Positions 1 through 10,301 of a stretch of 47,262 nt of DNA are shown one piece after another (positions within the stretch are counted from its first letter, which is position 1; each line of letters opens with the position of its first letter). Origin of the DNA: a virus. Its lineage: Duplodnaviria; Heunggongvirae; Uroviricota; Caudoviricetes. The notes below the pieces were generated by a model. That model worked only from the letters and a program-made list of their open reading frames with translations. It ran no database searches and was not told the origin of the DNA. Where the stretch lies: the IMG/VR virus record IMGVR_UViG_2718217795_000004; one strand, given 5' to 3'. The position numbers and the translations under genes were made by a program.

Positions 1-294
1 TCACCCACGATTAACCAACAGCCAGACCAGCAGACACGCCACCACCGGCACAGCAAAATCCATCAGGCTTGCCACATCCCACGCGCGCGGATCAAAACCG
101 CCCCACCACGGCATATTCATTCGCTTGCCATGCCCGAACATTTCAATCCAGCGATATTCTGCCTGGGTGTGTTCACGCGCAATGAAGAACGTACAACCGG
201 CTATCGCCCCGTAAGCCCAGTTCCCGGTAAAAAGACCAACCAGTACCTGCGCAGCCACAGCACAAAGCGCGTGAAGGAAAGGTGTTATATCCAT
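1..294 (-). CDS. small hypothetical membrane protein (97 aa)
   Basis: Complete ORF; ATG at 294 preceded by strong SD (AAGGAGGAG); two to three hydrophobic segments in the translation. Function unknown. Confidence 0.5.
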   Translation of the reverse strand: MDITPFLHALCAVAAQVLVGLFTGNWAYGAIAGCTFFIAREHTQAEYRWIEMFGHGKRMNMPWWGGFDPRAWDVASLMDFAVPVVACLLVWLLVNRG

Positions 295-319
295 TACTCC
301 TCCTTTATCCAATATCGCT

Positions 320-1009
320 TCAGGAAGTTGATAACAACTTTAATTCTGACTCAAGTTCTTCAACTCTTTCAGTCAGTTTCTGGATATGGTCAATCAGTGG
401 AACAACCAGACGTTCGTACATTACACCTTCGGCAACAAGGCCATTGCTGGAAATAGCTTCAGGAGCATCATTCTCGTTAGCTGGTCGCCAGTGTACAAAC
501 TGAGGGGCAATTTCTCCAACTTCCTCGGCAATCAACCCGTAGAATCCCCAGTCACGCCTGTCATTTTCGCATTGCGACCTGTACCACACAGGGCGCATCT
601 TGAAAATGAGATCGGCGTGCTCTGAATCTATCGTCTCTACTGAATGTTTATAGCGAATAGACGATGTTGACCGCAGTACAGACGAAATTGCAGGGTCAGG
701 ATTAAGATAAAGGTTTGCCGCCGCTGTTGTCGTGGCCAAATTCCATAAATAAAACGCTTCACGACCTGTCAGCGGGTAAAAATCACCGCCATAACGACCG
801 CTTTCCAGATCGTTCGCTTCCACTTTGTTTTTCAGCTTATTATCAACTTCAGTTTTTGTGTATCTGGTGCTGATATCCTGCTTTGCACTGGTCATATCAA
901 TCTGAAGCGTTGATACTTTTCCGTTAATTGAGGAAATATCTTCCTTAGTTTTACTGACATCTCCCTTTAGCGTTTTGATGTCTTCAGGAATTACTGTCGA
1001 TGTAGCCAT
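320..1009 (-). CDS. tail-fibre-like protein with C-terminal intramolecular chaperone (peptidase S74-like) domain
   Basis: C-terminal motifs (GFYGLIAEEVGEIAPQFV ... LIDHIQKL..EELESELK) resemble the autoproteolytic chaperone domain of endosialidase/L-shaped tail fibres; only 229 aa, so probably a short fibre or remnant. Confidence 0.5.
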   Translation of the reverse strand: MATSTVIPEDIKTLKGDVSKTKEDISSINGKVSTLQIDMTSAKQDISTRYTKTEVDNKLKNKVEANDLESGRYGGDFYPLTGREAFYLWNLATTTAAANLYLNPDPAISSVLRSTSSIRYKHSVETIDSEHADLIFKMRPVWYRSQCENDRRDWGFYGLIAEEVGEIAPQFVHWRPANENDAPEAISSNGLVAEGVMYERLVVPLIDHIQKLTERVEELESELKLLSTS

Positions 1010-1018
1010 TTTTCTTCC

Positions 1019-1300
1019 TCACATCCAGCCACGAAGTTGATGCTCAACAGCAACCACGTATTCATCGAATATTGACGATTTTTTTGCATCATTAATGATG
1101 CGCACGTTTACAAAATATCCGTCTTCCTTAACACATACCGGTTCGCCATCTTCAGTTAGTTCTCCGGTTTCTTTGTACACGTTACCTATCACGTCAATAA
1201 GAATATCATCCTGCATCGACTCGTCATCATAATAGCCAATACTCTCCATAAAGGCCGAAAAGTCGGCCCTGTCGGCAAATTTGAGTGTTAAATCTTTCAT
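1019..1300 (-). CDS. hypothetical protein (93 aa), possibly fibre-associated
   Basis: Compact ORF immediately downstream of the side tail fibre gene, overlapping its stop by 4 nt; no recognisable Tfa motifs. Confidence 0.4.
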   Translation of the reverse strand: MKDLTLKFADRADFSAFMESIGYYDDESMQDDILIDVIGNVYKETGELTEDGEPVCVKEDGYFVNVRIINDAKKSSIFDEYVVAVEHQLRGWM

Positions 1301-3705
1301 TTAATACTCTCCCCCATTTGTGCCTCAGTTAATTCTTTATGCCAAATGCGTAAATTTTTCACATGACCGAACAGGTGTCTGTTGCCACTGGATGATTGTC
1401 CACCGATATTAATATTACCGGCAGTATAACGTTGCAATGTATGCAGAGACGGGGAGCTGCTACCTAAAATTCCATCAACAACAACCTGCAACTGTTTATC
1501 TTCTGTAAACTTAAAGCCAGTAACAAATTTCCTTTTCTCTCTATTCCCATATGCTTTATATTCTGTTTTTGTTCCTTTGCCATTGGTGATAATTAGCCTT
1601 TTACCACGAGTGGTAAAACCAAAATACATATAACTTTCATCAGAAACTTCAGTCGTCGCCCCTGTAATTGAGATATTAAGCAAACGCGCAGAGCCTTCTA
1701 AATTAGGCATTTCAGAATCCCAATTAACATTAACTTCCATGAGAACACTAACTGGTGGCGTTGCCCAGTTGAAAGGTATAGGTATGATTACCTGGTCACT
1801 TGCTCTCGTGGCACCGACCTCTGTTGTGATGATAAAAGATGAGGCGTTTAGTCCCTTTTCGAATTGAGGGGTTGTTAACATTAATTTATCGCCAGACTTG
1901 ATTGATCGTTGATGTGCTCCAAACTCAAAACGTCCATACATATTTTTTGCTTCTGGTGATTTGTAGGTAAACTCAACACGAATCCATCCATTAGACTCTC
2001 TGAATATGTTATAAGTTGCCGCCTCACCTCCAGAATAACTCAACATATCGCCAGTCTCGCAATCAATATATGCACCAGCGGTCAGTGTGTTACTTGAGCC
2101 ATCGTCGTTAACATATGATATTCTTGGACGCAACGTGATAATACCATCCCCACTTACTTTTTTAACTCTGCAGGATAAAGTAACTGATTCATTTGCCGAA
2201 ACTGAAATAACCCTGGTATATCCAGTAGAAATTAATGTCGCCCTTTCAGTTGTGGATGTTTCTTTAACGCCAAACAAACCATAACTGAAACCATACTCAT
2301 CAACTCCCGTGGTAATAGTTAAGTTAGCAGTGTCATAGTTCCACGATACTGGTGTATTCGTATAAGAAAAAGTATTCGTTCTCTGACCTTCAATGAGCAG
2401 ACCATCTTTTTCAAAACGTGGTTCATTTATCGCTGATTCAGCAAAACACCCAGACTTATCTATATACGTTGCAGTTGACGCCCTGGTAAATGAAACAACC
2501 TTTTCAGACGGCAATGCAATAACATCGTCACCAACTGTGATGCTCTTATATCCAGGAGCAAACCCGGTAATCATATCCAGTGAATCGTTAAACGGTATCC
2601 ACACATCAGGCAACGGCTGTAAGACATATTTATACGGCTCCGCAGCCTGGCTTGCGTACTCTCTGGCTGCATCTTCGCTTGCTTTAGCTGCCGTCTGGCT
2701 TGCTGCCGATGCTTTCGCTGAGTTCGCAGCCGCTGTTTCGCTCACCTTTGCGTTGGTTTCACTGGTTTTTGCTGCTTTTTGGCTGTTGGCTGATGCAGTG
2801 GCAGAAGCAGCCGCCGCGCTTGCAGAGCCAGCTGCAGCACTCTCGCTTTCGGCTGCTGCAGCCTGACTGTTTTTCGCCGCAGTTTCGCTGGCTTTGGCAT
2901 TCGTTTCGCTGGTCTTCGCTGCTGTCTGGCTGGACTTTGCGTTAGTTTCACTCGTCTTCGCAGCTTTCTGGCTGTTAGCCGCAGCAGTTGCTGATCCGGC
3001 TGCTGAAGTCGCAGAACCGGCTGCTGCGCTCTCGCTTTCAGCTGCTGCAGCCTGGCTGTTTTTCGCCGCAGTTTCACTGGCTTTGGCATTCGTTTCGCTG
3101 GTCTTCGCTGCCGTCTGGCTGGACTTTGCGTTGGTTTCGCTCGTCTTTGCGGCTGTCTCACTGTTTTTCGCGTTGGTTTCTGATTTTTTGGCTGCAGTCG
3201 CGGAGTTTGCCGATGCAGTCTGTGAGGCCGCTGCCGCCTGTGCGCTGTTAGCTGCATTCGTTTCTGAGGTTTTCGCCGCGTTCTTCGATGATGCCGCTGC
3301 AGTTTCGGATTTCTTTGCCGCCGCTGCGCTCTGAGAGGCGGCTTCAGCGTTGCGTGCCGCTTCTTCCACCATTTCCTCAAAACGACGCAATGCCTCCGGC
3401 ATGACATCATCTTCCGTCATGGCACCGAGAAAATCATTCAGCGTACCTGGTCTGGAACCTTCATAGACGGTAATGGTTCCGGCATGTGAAGGCGGAAAAC
3501 CTTCAACCAGCAGGGTGACGCTGTACTGGCCATACTCAACATCCATGCTGTAACGCCCGGCTTCATCCGGATTTTCAGAGGCCACTGTGTTGACCAGTAC
3601 CGTGGTGCTGTTACGCTTTGCCTTCAGTTGAATAGTGCAGTTCTGTATTGGTTTTCCCGCACCATCTTTCAGCACACCTGAGATTTTTACTGCTGCCATA
3701 TCCAC
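1297..3705 (-). CDS. stf: side tail fibre protein, Stf-like N-terminus with divergent distal domain
   Basis: N-terminus (AVKISGVLKDG..KPIQNCTIQLKA..RYSMDVEYGQYSV) closely matches lambda Stf; long Ala/Ser/Thr-rich repeat shaft; C-terminal region has a LamG/ConA-like signature (HLFGHVKNLRIWHKELTEAQM). Confidence 0.85.
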   Translation of the reverse strand: MDMAAVKISGVLKDGAGKPIQNCTIQLKAKRNSTTVLVNTVASENPDEAGRYSMDVEYGQYSVTLLVEGFPPSHAGTITVYEGSRPGTLNDFLGAMTEDDVMPEALRRFEEMVEEAARNAEAASQSAAAAKKSETAAASSKNAAKTSETNAANSAQAAAASQTASANSATAAKKSETNAKNSETAAKTSETNAKSSQTAAKTSETNAKASETAAKNSQAAAAESESAAAGSATSAAGSATAAANSQKAAKTSETNAKSSQTAAKTSETNAKASETAAKNSQAAAAESESAAAGSASAAAASATASANSQKAAKTSETNAKVSETAAANSAKASAASQTAAKASEDAAREYASQAAEPYKYVLQPLPDVWIPFNDSLDMITGFAPGYKSITVGDDVIALPSEKVVSFTRASTATYIDKSGCFAESAINEPRFEKDGLLIEGQRTNTFSYTNTPVSWNYDTANLTITTGVDEYGFSYGLFGVKETSTTERATLISTGYTRVISVSANESVTLSCRVKKVSGDGIITLRPRISYVNDDGSSNTLTAGAYIDCETGDMLSYSGGEAATYNIFRESNGWIRVEFTYKSPEAKNMYGRFEFGAHQRSIKSGDKLMLTTPQFEKGLNASSFIITTEVGATRASDQVIIPIPFNWATPPVSVLMEVNVNWDSEMPNLEGSARLLNISITGATTEVSDESYMYFGFTTRGKRLIITNGKGTKTEYKAYGNREKRKFVTGFKFTEDKQLQVVVDGILGSSSPSLHTLQRYTAGNINIGGQSSSGNRHLFGHVKNLRIWHKELTEAQMGESIK
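2790..3180 (-). repeat. tandem duplication of a ~189-bp (63-codon) unit inside the stf shaft
   Basis: Near-identical DNA segments around 2845-2940 and 3035-3130; encodes repeated KTSETNAKSSQTAAKTSETNAKASETAAKNSQAAAAESESAAAGSA. Confidence 0.8.
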
Positions 3706-3708
3706 TCC

Positions 3709-3737
3709 ACAAAAAAGCCCGCCTGAACCGGCGGGCT
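3709..3737 (-). terminator. intrinsic terminator downstream of lom
   Basis: On the minus strand, GC stem CCCGCC/GGCGGG followed by a U-tract (TTTTTTGTGG). Confidence 0.55.
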
Positions 3738-3763
3738 GTCATAACACTGTGTTACCTGGCTAA

Positions 3764-4363
3764 TCAGAATTTATAACCGACACCAACGATGAAACCGTCA
3801 GTGCGCCAGTCGCCACTGCCGGAACCTTCATAAGCAATATCAATGGCCACGGATTCGGTCGGGTTAAACTGCACGCCAGCCCCCCATGCCAGAGACGTGT
3901 CGCTGTGGCGACCGTCATCACTTCCGGTCAGCACATCGTGCGTTTTCCCCTTGTTGTCAGTTACGCGGATATAATCTCCGGAGAAAGTCGAAACACGGCT
4001 GTAAGCCATACCCGCCATCGCATACGCGCTGAACCATTCATTCACGCGCACAGACGGCCCCGCCATCACGCTGAACCAGCGGTTACGCACGGAATCTTCA
4101 TGCCAGCGGGTATCGCTGTAACGGGTAAGCTGGCGATTCTTGTCTCCTGCATAGCTGAATGACGTCACCAGCCCCAGTGTGTCCGTAAACTCATAACGGT
4201 ATTTCACGTTAATGCCCTTCAGGTCATCACTGCCTGGCATATCAGTATGGGTCTGAAGATACCCGGCGCTTAGTGTGGACTGATGCTCTGCTGCGCTCGC
4301 TGGCATACCAGCGGCAACCAGCCAGACTACTGCAGACAGAATAACAGCACATAATTTACGCAT
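3764..4363 (-). CDS. lom: Lom outer-membrane protein (Ail/Lom family)
   Basis: 199 aa with signal peptide and beta-barrel C-terminal GVGYKF; position between J and stf as in lambda. Confidence 0.9.
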
Positions 4364-4384
4364 AATTACCTCTCGCTTTTCTGC

Positions 4385-4412
4385 AATAAAAAAGGCACCA
4401 TTTCTGGTGCCC
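4385..4412 (-). terminator. intrinsic terminator between J and lom
   Basis: Minus-strand hairpin GGCACC-AGAAAT-GGTGCC followed by TTTTTTATTG. Confidence 0.55.
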
Positions 4413-4430
4413 GTATCTGGGTTATAAAAT

Positions 4431-7400
4431 TCAGCTAATCGTGATGCCTGCAGTGGCTTTCTTCATCACCACAACCAGCAAATCGCTGATACTTGCTGTG
4501 GGATACCAGCCATTTACCAGCCATGCCGATACAGAAAATTCCAGTGTCATGACACCACTGCCTGCAGGCATATCAATAACACCCGTATATATCAGCGTAT
4601 TATCCAGAGCCGTTCGGTTATAAATTTCAGCACCGTTTTTTCGTACTATCAGACGGCATGAGGAGTAGATATCAGTATGATCTTGCTCATGTTTAGCGCC
4701 ACTGAATGCCACCGCCGGGATAACAATTTGCCGGTCAAACGGCTGATCGTCATAAACCCTGACGGTAATGGTTCCTGATGGCCACCGCTCCGGTGCACGG
4801 GAGTCCCGGGGGAAAGCTTTGCCCACTGTTTTAACGAGATCACCTTCAATCTGGTTGGCGGACAGTTTTCCCAGAACCCGACAGTTCTCGTTAATCGTGA
4901 CGTTGTTGAGCGTCCCGGAGTTCGCATTCACGTTACCGCTGATATCGGCATTTTTCGCCGTCAGCCGCCCGTCCGGTGTCAGGGAAAATGCCGGAGGATT
5001 ACCGCCGCTGGTAATGGTGGGAGCCGTCAGATATTTCAGGAACACTTCATTCATGTATATCTGATCGCCCTGCCCAACAAACATCGGCTTTGTGTTGCCA
5101 TTCGCAGGATTAATCATCGCAATCCTGTCTGCCGCCAGCAGCACCTGACTCTGCATGCCGTCAGGGGTGTTTTCAATACCGGCACCAATACCCGCGATAT
5201 AAAGGCGTCCGTCCTGCATCTGCTGCAGCTTCACAGCCCACATGCTGTTCAGGTTATTATTTGTATCAACCTGAACCTTCTGTATCTGCTGGATCGCTGC
5301 ACTCTGGTCTTCCAGTTTCTTATTGACGGTCTGCGTGATTTCATTACTGACATCCGTGATGGACGTTCTGATTTCCGCCAGGTCAGGCGCAAGCTGACCG
5401 TTATCAATCTGCGTCCACAACTCCTGAGCCAGATGGGTTTTCCCTATCTCTCCTTTGAAAAAATCCAGATAGCCGGATGCATCATCACTCGGCTGGCCAA
5501 CAGCCTCCACGAATGCCGATTTGCCAACGGTGTTCACACTGCGGATGTAAAAATAATAATCATGGCCCGGCTTGATATTGATACTGGCAGCTATCCAGTA
5601 CAGCGCCGTGCCAAGATAGCGGGCTGTGGTTTCAACCTGCCTGATATCCGCAATCCGCTTTTCCGAGAACCAGAACTCAAACTGTACCGTCGGGTCATAA
5701 ACGGCAAGATGCGGCGTGGCGGTGATCTGAAAATAGCCCGGAGTCAGCTCAATCCGCGACGGCGCTGACGGTGCGGCAATCCGGAACGATACCGACGCCG
5801 GATCGCCCTGCTGCCCCCACGCATTTACTGCCCGGACTGTCAGCGTGTAACGCCCCAGCGCCAGTTGCCTGAAGCGGTATGTGGTTTCCGTCGTCCGGGC
5901 TGTGCTGACAAGCCGCTCACTGCCGTCATCCGCTGCCACGGTCAGGCGAAGCATAAAGCTCACCCCCTTCACCACCTTCGGCGTGTCCCATCGCGCCAGT
6001 ACCTGATATTCCCCGCTGTCTGCGGTGACTTCGGCAGTCAGGTGCTGCACTGCTGGCGGCGTGACACCATTCACCGTGCCGCTCTGGTCACCGTCAAAGT
6101 GCGCCCCGTTATCCACGATGGCTTCTTTCTCCGGTACATGCTGCACGGCAGTGATGGCATACGTGCCGTCGTCGTTCTCACGGATACTCACGCAGCGGAA
6201 CAGTCGCTGGCGCAGCGTCGGCAGCTTCAGCCCCCACACGCTGTATCCGGCAACGCCATCAGGAACACGGCTCACTTTTACCTTCACGCCATCGGTGACG
6301 GACTGAACCTCCACGCTGACCGGATTGCCACTTCCGTCAACCAGGCTTATCAGCGTGGTACCGGAGGATGGCAGCGTGATTTCACGGTCGAGCGTCAGCG
6401 TCCGGGTCTGGCTGTTCACCGCCAGCACACGACCACCGGTGCTGATACCGGCATAGTCATCATCACAGATTTCAATAACATCGCCCGGTACATGGCGAAG
6501 CCCTTCTGCGCCGACGCTGAAATCCACGGTCTGCGTTTCCAGCAGTTCTGTTTTAATCAGCCACAGCCCGGCGCGGTGTGCCTGCCCCCGACTGGTACAG
6601 CCAAAGGCATCCATCTTCGTGACGTTACGACCGTAACGGGCTATGGCCTGCGTGTCCTCTACAAGCTCTGTCGCCGTCTCCCAGCCGTTATCCGGGTCAA
6701 TCCAGTTCACCTCAACGGCATTATGGCGGTCCTTCAGGGCGCTGAAGCTGTAGCGGAACGGCGCGCCATCATCCGGCATCACCACATTACTGCGGTTATA
6801 GGTCCACACCTTATCTGATGGTCGGTCCTGCACGAACGTCAGCGTCTGCCCGTTCCATACCGGCATACAGCGCATCGCCGAGCAGAAATCACTGAGCACA
6901 TCCCACGCCTTGCGCTGTGTGGTCAGGTACGCATTACAGGTGATGCGTGGCTCCGTGCCGCCAAAGCCGTCCGGCACTGACTGGTCGCAATTCTGGCCGA
7001 TGACATACAGCGCCCATTTGTCCACATCCGCCGCACCAAGACGTTTTCCCATGCCGTAGCGCGGATGGGTCAGCATATCCCACAGACACCAGGCCATGTT
7101 GTTGCTGTATGCCGGTTTTAACGTTCCGTCCCAGATACCGCTGTATTGCCGCGTCTGCGGGTTATAGTTCGACGGCACCTGCAGAATGCGCCCGCGAAGA
7201 TGATAATTACGGCTCACCTGCTGGCTGCCGAACTGCTCCGAGTCCACCTGCACGCCAACCAGTGCCGTGTTCGGGTAGCACTGTTTCACATCGATGATTT
7301 CGGTGTATGACGACCAGAGCGTTTTGTTCTGCAGCTGGTCTGTGGTGCTGTCCGGCGTCATCCTGCGCATCCGGATATTAAACGGGCGCGGCGGCAGGTT

Positions 7401-7910
7401 ATCCACCACCACCGAGGCCAGATACTGCGAGGTGGTTTTGCCCTTAATGGTGATGTCTTTTTCCGTCACCCAGCCACCGTTACGCTGTATCTGAACCAGC
7501 AGGCGGACTTCCGATGGATTCCTGTCCCCCTTTGAGGTGGTTTCCACCAGTGCCTGTACACCGAAGGTAAAGCGCAGACGGTCGATGTTTGCCGACGTGA
7601 TGGTCCGGGTGATCGGCGTGTCATATTTCACTTCCGTACCCAGCACCGTCTCGGAGCCGGAGGATTCAAATCCCTCCGGCGGTGACTGCTCCTGCTCACC
7701 GGCCCGGAACACCACCGTGACGCCAGATATATTGGTATTCCCCTCACTGTCCAGCACCGGCGTACTGTTCAGCAGCACGCTTTTTAATCCATCCACCGGA
7801 CCTTCAACCGGCCCTTCGCTGATGGCATCGATCACACTCAGCAGCTGCGTGGACTTCAGGTTGTCCTTCGCTTCGCGCGGGGTATGCCCCTTACTGCTGC
7901 CTTTACCCAT
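4431..7910 (-). CDS. J: host specificity protein J (central tail fibre)
   Basis: 1159 aa; long stretches near-identical to lambda J from recall ([24 protein letters not shown]... through the C-terminal receptor-binding part). Confidence 0.95.
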   Translation of the reverse strand: MGKGSSKGHTPREAKDNLKSTQLLSVIDAISEGPVEGPVDGLKSVLLNSTPVLDSEGNTNISGVTVVFRAGEQEQSPPEGFESSGSETVLGTEVKYDTPITRTITSANIDRLRFTFGVQALVETTSKGDRNPSEVRLLVQIQRNGGWVTEKDITIKGKTTSQYLASVVVDNLPPRPFNIRMRRMTPDSTTDQLQNKTLWSSYTEIIDVKQCYPNTALVGVQVDSEQFGSQQVSRNYHLRGRILQVPSNYNPQTRQYSGIWDGTLKPAYSNNMAWCLWDMLTHPRYGMGKRLGAADVDKWALYVIGQNCDQSVPDGFGGTEPRITCNAYLTTQRKAWDVLSDFCSAMRCMPVWNGQTLTFVQDRPSDKVWTYNRSNVVMPDDGAPFRYSFSALKDRHNAVEVNWIDPDNGWETATELVEDTQAIARYGRNVTKMDAFGCTSRGQAHRAGLWLIKTELLETQTVDFSVGAEGLRHVPGDVIEICDDDYAGISTGGRVLAVNSQTRTLTLDREITLPSSGTTLISLVDGSGNPVSVEVQSVTDGVKVKVSRVPDGVAGYSVWGLKLPTLRQRLFRCVSIRENDDGTYAITAVQHVPEKEAIVDNGAHFDGDQSGTVNGVTPPAVQHLTAEVTADSGEYQVLARWDTPKVVKGVSFMLRLTVAADDGSERLVSTARTTETTYRFRQLALGRYTLTVRAVNAWGQQGDPASVSFRIAAPSAPSRIELTPGYFQITATPHLAVYDPTVQFEFWFSEKRIADIRQVETTARYLGTALYWIAASINIKPGHDYYFYIRSVNTVGKSAFVEAVGQPSDDASGYLDFFKGEIGKTHLAQELWTQIDNGQLAPDLAEIRTSITDVSNEITQTVNKKLEDQSAAIQQIQKVQVDTNNNLNSMWAVKLQQMQDGRLYIAGIGAGIENTPDGMQSQVLLAADRIAMINPANGNTKPMFVGQGDQIYMNEVFLKYLTAPTITSGGNPPAFSLTPDGRLTAKNADISGNVNANSGTLNNVTINENCRVLGKLSANQIEGDLVKTVGKAFPRDSRAPERWPSGTITVRVYDDQPFDRQIVIPAVAFSGAKHEQDHTDIYSSCRLIVRKNGAEIYNRTALDNTLIYTGVIDMPAGSGVMTLEFSVSAWLVNGWYPTASISDLLVVVMKKATAGITIS

Positions 7911-7970
7911 TCCTCACGCTCCATAAACGACAAAACCGCCCGCAGGCGGTTTCACATAAAACATTTTGCA

Positions 7971-8618
7971 TCAGCGACCAATCACCACAACCTGACCACC
8001 ATCCCCTTCGTCTGCCGTGCTGATCTCCTGAGAAACCACGCGTGACCCCACGCGCATTTCACCGTACAGAACCGGCAGAACATTGCCCTGGGCAACCATG
8101 TTATCCAGTGACGAGAAATAGGTGTTCTGTTTGCCGTTATCTGTACTGGCTGCCGTGGGCGTCCTGGCTTTCGGTGCCAGCATCTGCGCCACACCGCCCA
8201 GGATCATACTGGCCCCTGCCGCATACATGCCCGATACAGCCGCGGCACCCAGCCAGCCCACAGGGTTCCACCATGCCACCGCAATCAGCGCCGCACCCAG
8301 CACCGCCTGAAACACACCGCCACTTTTAGCTCCCGCCAGACGCGGCACGATGTGGATCACGGCACCATTTGCCAGCGATTCATTAAGACGGGCAGATAAT
8401 TCGGTTTCGCCTGCATCACGCCCGGCAATGCGCACCTGATACCAGCCGTCATTCAGTTTCTGACGAAACGCCGGGAGCTGTGTGGCCAGTGCCCGGATGG
8501 CTTCAGCCCCCGTTTTCACACGAAGGTCGATACGGCGGCCAAATCGTTGTAAATCCCCGTAAAGGCAGATGCGCGCCATGCCCGGTGACGCCAGAGGGAG
8601 TGTGTGCGTCGCTGCCAT
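7971..8618 (-). CDS. I: tail assembly protein I
   Basis: 215 aa; lambda I-like ends (..NGKQNTYFSSLDNMVAQGNVLPVLYGEMRVGSRVVSQEISTADEGDGGQVVVIGR). Confidence 0.9.
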   Translation of the reverse strand: MAATHTLPLASPGMARICLYGDLQRFGRRIDLRVKTGAEAIRALATQLPAFRQKLNDGWYQVRIAGRDAGETELSARLNESLANGAVIHIVPRLAGAKSGGVFQAVLGAALIAVAWWNPVGWLGAAAVSGMYAAGASMILGGVAQMLAPKARTPTAASTDNGKQNTYFSSLDNMVAQGNVLPVLYGEMRVGSRVVSQEISTADEGDGGQVVVIGR

Positions 8619-9259
8619 TTGTCGGTATACCTCTCTCGTTTGCTCAGTTGTTCAGGAATATGGTGCAGCAGCTCGCCGTCACCACAGTAAATGGCGGCGT
8701 GATTCGGCACCGATGAACCAAAACAGCACAGCAGGATATCGCCCGCCTGTGCAGAGGACAGGGGCACCCGATAAAAGCCGGAGGCCTCCATATTGTCCAG
8801 GTAAAGATTCTGGCCGTTACGCCACCAGTCATCCCCGCGATGAAAATCCGGCATCTCAATTCCCGCCAGATGGTATGCATCCCGGAACATCGTGTAACAG
8901 TCCGTCACCCCGTGCTCAAAGCGCCGCCCGGTAAGATGTGGCACACAGCGGAACTTGTGAATCGCCCCCCGGCAGACCAGCCACCACGGCAAATCACTCT
9001 GCACCTGCAGCCGCCGGTCAACCTCACTCAGCCAGGGCAGACCACCGGGATGACTGTGGACCAGTGCCACAATCTCACCCTGCATCTCTGCCTGCAGCCA
9101 GTCCTCCGGAGCCATCCGGAAATACACCTCCGGCTCACCGGAGATATTCACGCAGGGAAAATATCTTTCCCCCTCCGGCGTTCTCACCACGAAGCCGCAC
9201 GACTCCGCTGGCGCACATCGCCGGGCGTGCGCCAGAATCGCTGATTCTGTCTCTGTCAT
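8516..9259 (-). CDS. K: tail assembly protein K (NlpC/P60 and JAB/MPN-like)
   Basis: 247 aa; near-identical to lambda K from recall (MTETESAILAHARRCAPAESCGFVV... HSHPGG ...); overlaps I as in lambda. Confidence 0.9.
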   Translation of the reverse strand: MTETESAILAHARRCAPAESCGFVVRTPEGERYFPCVNISGEPEVYFRMAPEDWLQAEMQGEIVALVHSHPGGLPWLSEVDRRLQVQSDLPWWLVCRGAIHKFRCVPHLTGRRFEHGVTDCYTMFRDAYHLAGIEMPDFHRGDDWWRNGQNLYLDNMEASGFYRVPLSSAQAGDILLCCFGSSVPNHAAIYCGDGELLHHIPEQLSKRERYTDKWQRRTHSLWRHRAWRASAFTGIYNDLAAVSTFV

Positions 9260-9264
9260 GGGAT

Positions 9265-9963
9265 TTACTGCGAAAGTTTGTTAATGGAAAGGAAGCCGCC
9301 AAAGTTGCCGACGTTATTGCGAAACTTACAGCCACTCAGGCATTTGCTGCATTTATCCTTCGTGATATCGGTTGTCGGCTGGTCATATTCATCCGCGACA
9401 GCCGGACCGTGATAACCGCACTCATCACCGCGATAGGTCCAGGTGCAGGTGTTGGCCAGCATGATACGTCCCGGAAAAACAGCGCCGTCCGTTTCCGTCG
9501 GCGTGGACAGTACAAAGGAGGCACTGACCGCGCTCAGTTCGCTGCACTGCTCAATACGCCAGCGGCTGATCACCTCCTGCTCCGGATCGGCGTCACTGTT
9601 TCCGTTGACGAAGTTCACCGCATCCAGAAAACGGGCGTAAACCTTACGCCTGACCACCGTTCCGCCGACCAGACTCTGCAGGTCTTCCGCCATCCCGGTG
9701 ACCATGCCGTGCAGATTAGAGACTTTCAGCGTTGGCCTTGCACTGGCACCTTTGCCGTTCATCTCAAATCCACTCCCCTGAATGGGATAGGCCTGATACT
9801 GCCGACTCTGCCAGGTGACAGACTCTCCTTTCTCGTTCTGCTCATTGCAGAAAAAGTAGCGATCCCCGCCTACCTCGGTCAGGTCGATTTCCCAGAGCAC
9901 CACGCTGGCCGACTGCTCCGCACGAATGCATTCATTCAGCGTTTCCTGTTGTATGTCCTGCAT
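9265..9963 (-). CDS. L: minor tail protein L
   Basis: 232 aa; lambda L-like throughout ([12 protein letters not shown]...CSKCLSGCKFRNNVGNFGGFLSINKLSQ). Confidence 0.9.
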   Translation of the reverse strand: MQDIQQETLNECIRAEQSASVVLWEIDLTEVGGDRYFFCNEQNEKGESVTWQSRQYQAYPIQGSGFEMNGKGASARPTLKVSNLHGMVTGMAEDLQSLVGGTVVRRKVYARFLDAVNFVNGNSDADPEQEVISRWRIEQCSELSAVSASFVLSTPTETDGAVFPGRIMLANTCTWTYRGDECGYHGPAVADEYDQPTTDITKDKCSKCLSGCKFRNNVGNFGGFLSINKLSQ

Positions 9964-10301
9964 CAGATCACCACTTCGTCAAACTGACACGAAAAATCGG
10001 TATAGGTGATATGTTCTGTCGCTGACCACGTTCGACACACCACTCTGATTTTTCTGTTAATACCAGGCGGGCGCCAAAAAAAAGATTTATAGCCTTCATG
10101 CCGGGCTAAAAATTTTTCAAATGAATCACGTTCATTCGCCTCAACTTTGAAATCACAGGTGAAAACGCGCAGAGAATGATTAAGTCCATTTGGACTTCGT
10201 TGCTCATAACCATCACCAAATCTTACAGTTTTTATCGATGGTTTATTTTCTGTTTTCATTCCATCCTCTGGTAACCAGTGAAATTCTTCCGTATTAGCCA
10301 C
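9963..10301 (-). CDS. M: minor tail protein M
   Basis: 112 aa; conserved [10 protein letters not shown] motif of the lambda M family; position between H and L. Confidence 0.8.
   Translation of the reverse strand: MANTEEFHWLPEDGMKTENKPSIKTVRFGDGYEQRSPNGLNHSLRVFTCDFKVEANERDSFEKFLARHEGYKSFFWRPPGINRKIRVVCRTWSATEHITYTDFSCQFDEVVI

Noticed and set aside
2393-3410. Ala-rich plus-strand ORFs (2393-2866, 2894-3334) and an Arg/Lys/Gln-rich minus-strand ORF (2742-3410)
   Set aside because: Alternative frames and antisense of the repetitive Ala/Ser/Thr-rich stf shaft; open frames are a by-product of the repeat composition.
5865-6818. 317-aa plus-strand ORF
   Set aside because: Lies antisense within the well-supported J gene; Arg/His-rich, low-complexity translation typical of spurious antisense frames in GC-rich coding DNA.
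8938-9987. 349-aa plus-strand ORF
   Set aside because: Antisense to tail genes K and L, which match lambda proteins closely; Pro/Arg/Ala-rich translation without domain-like features.
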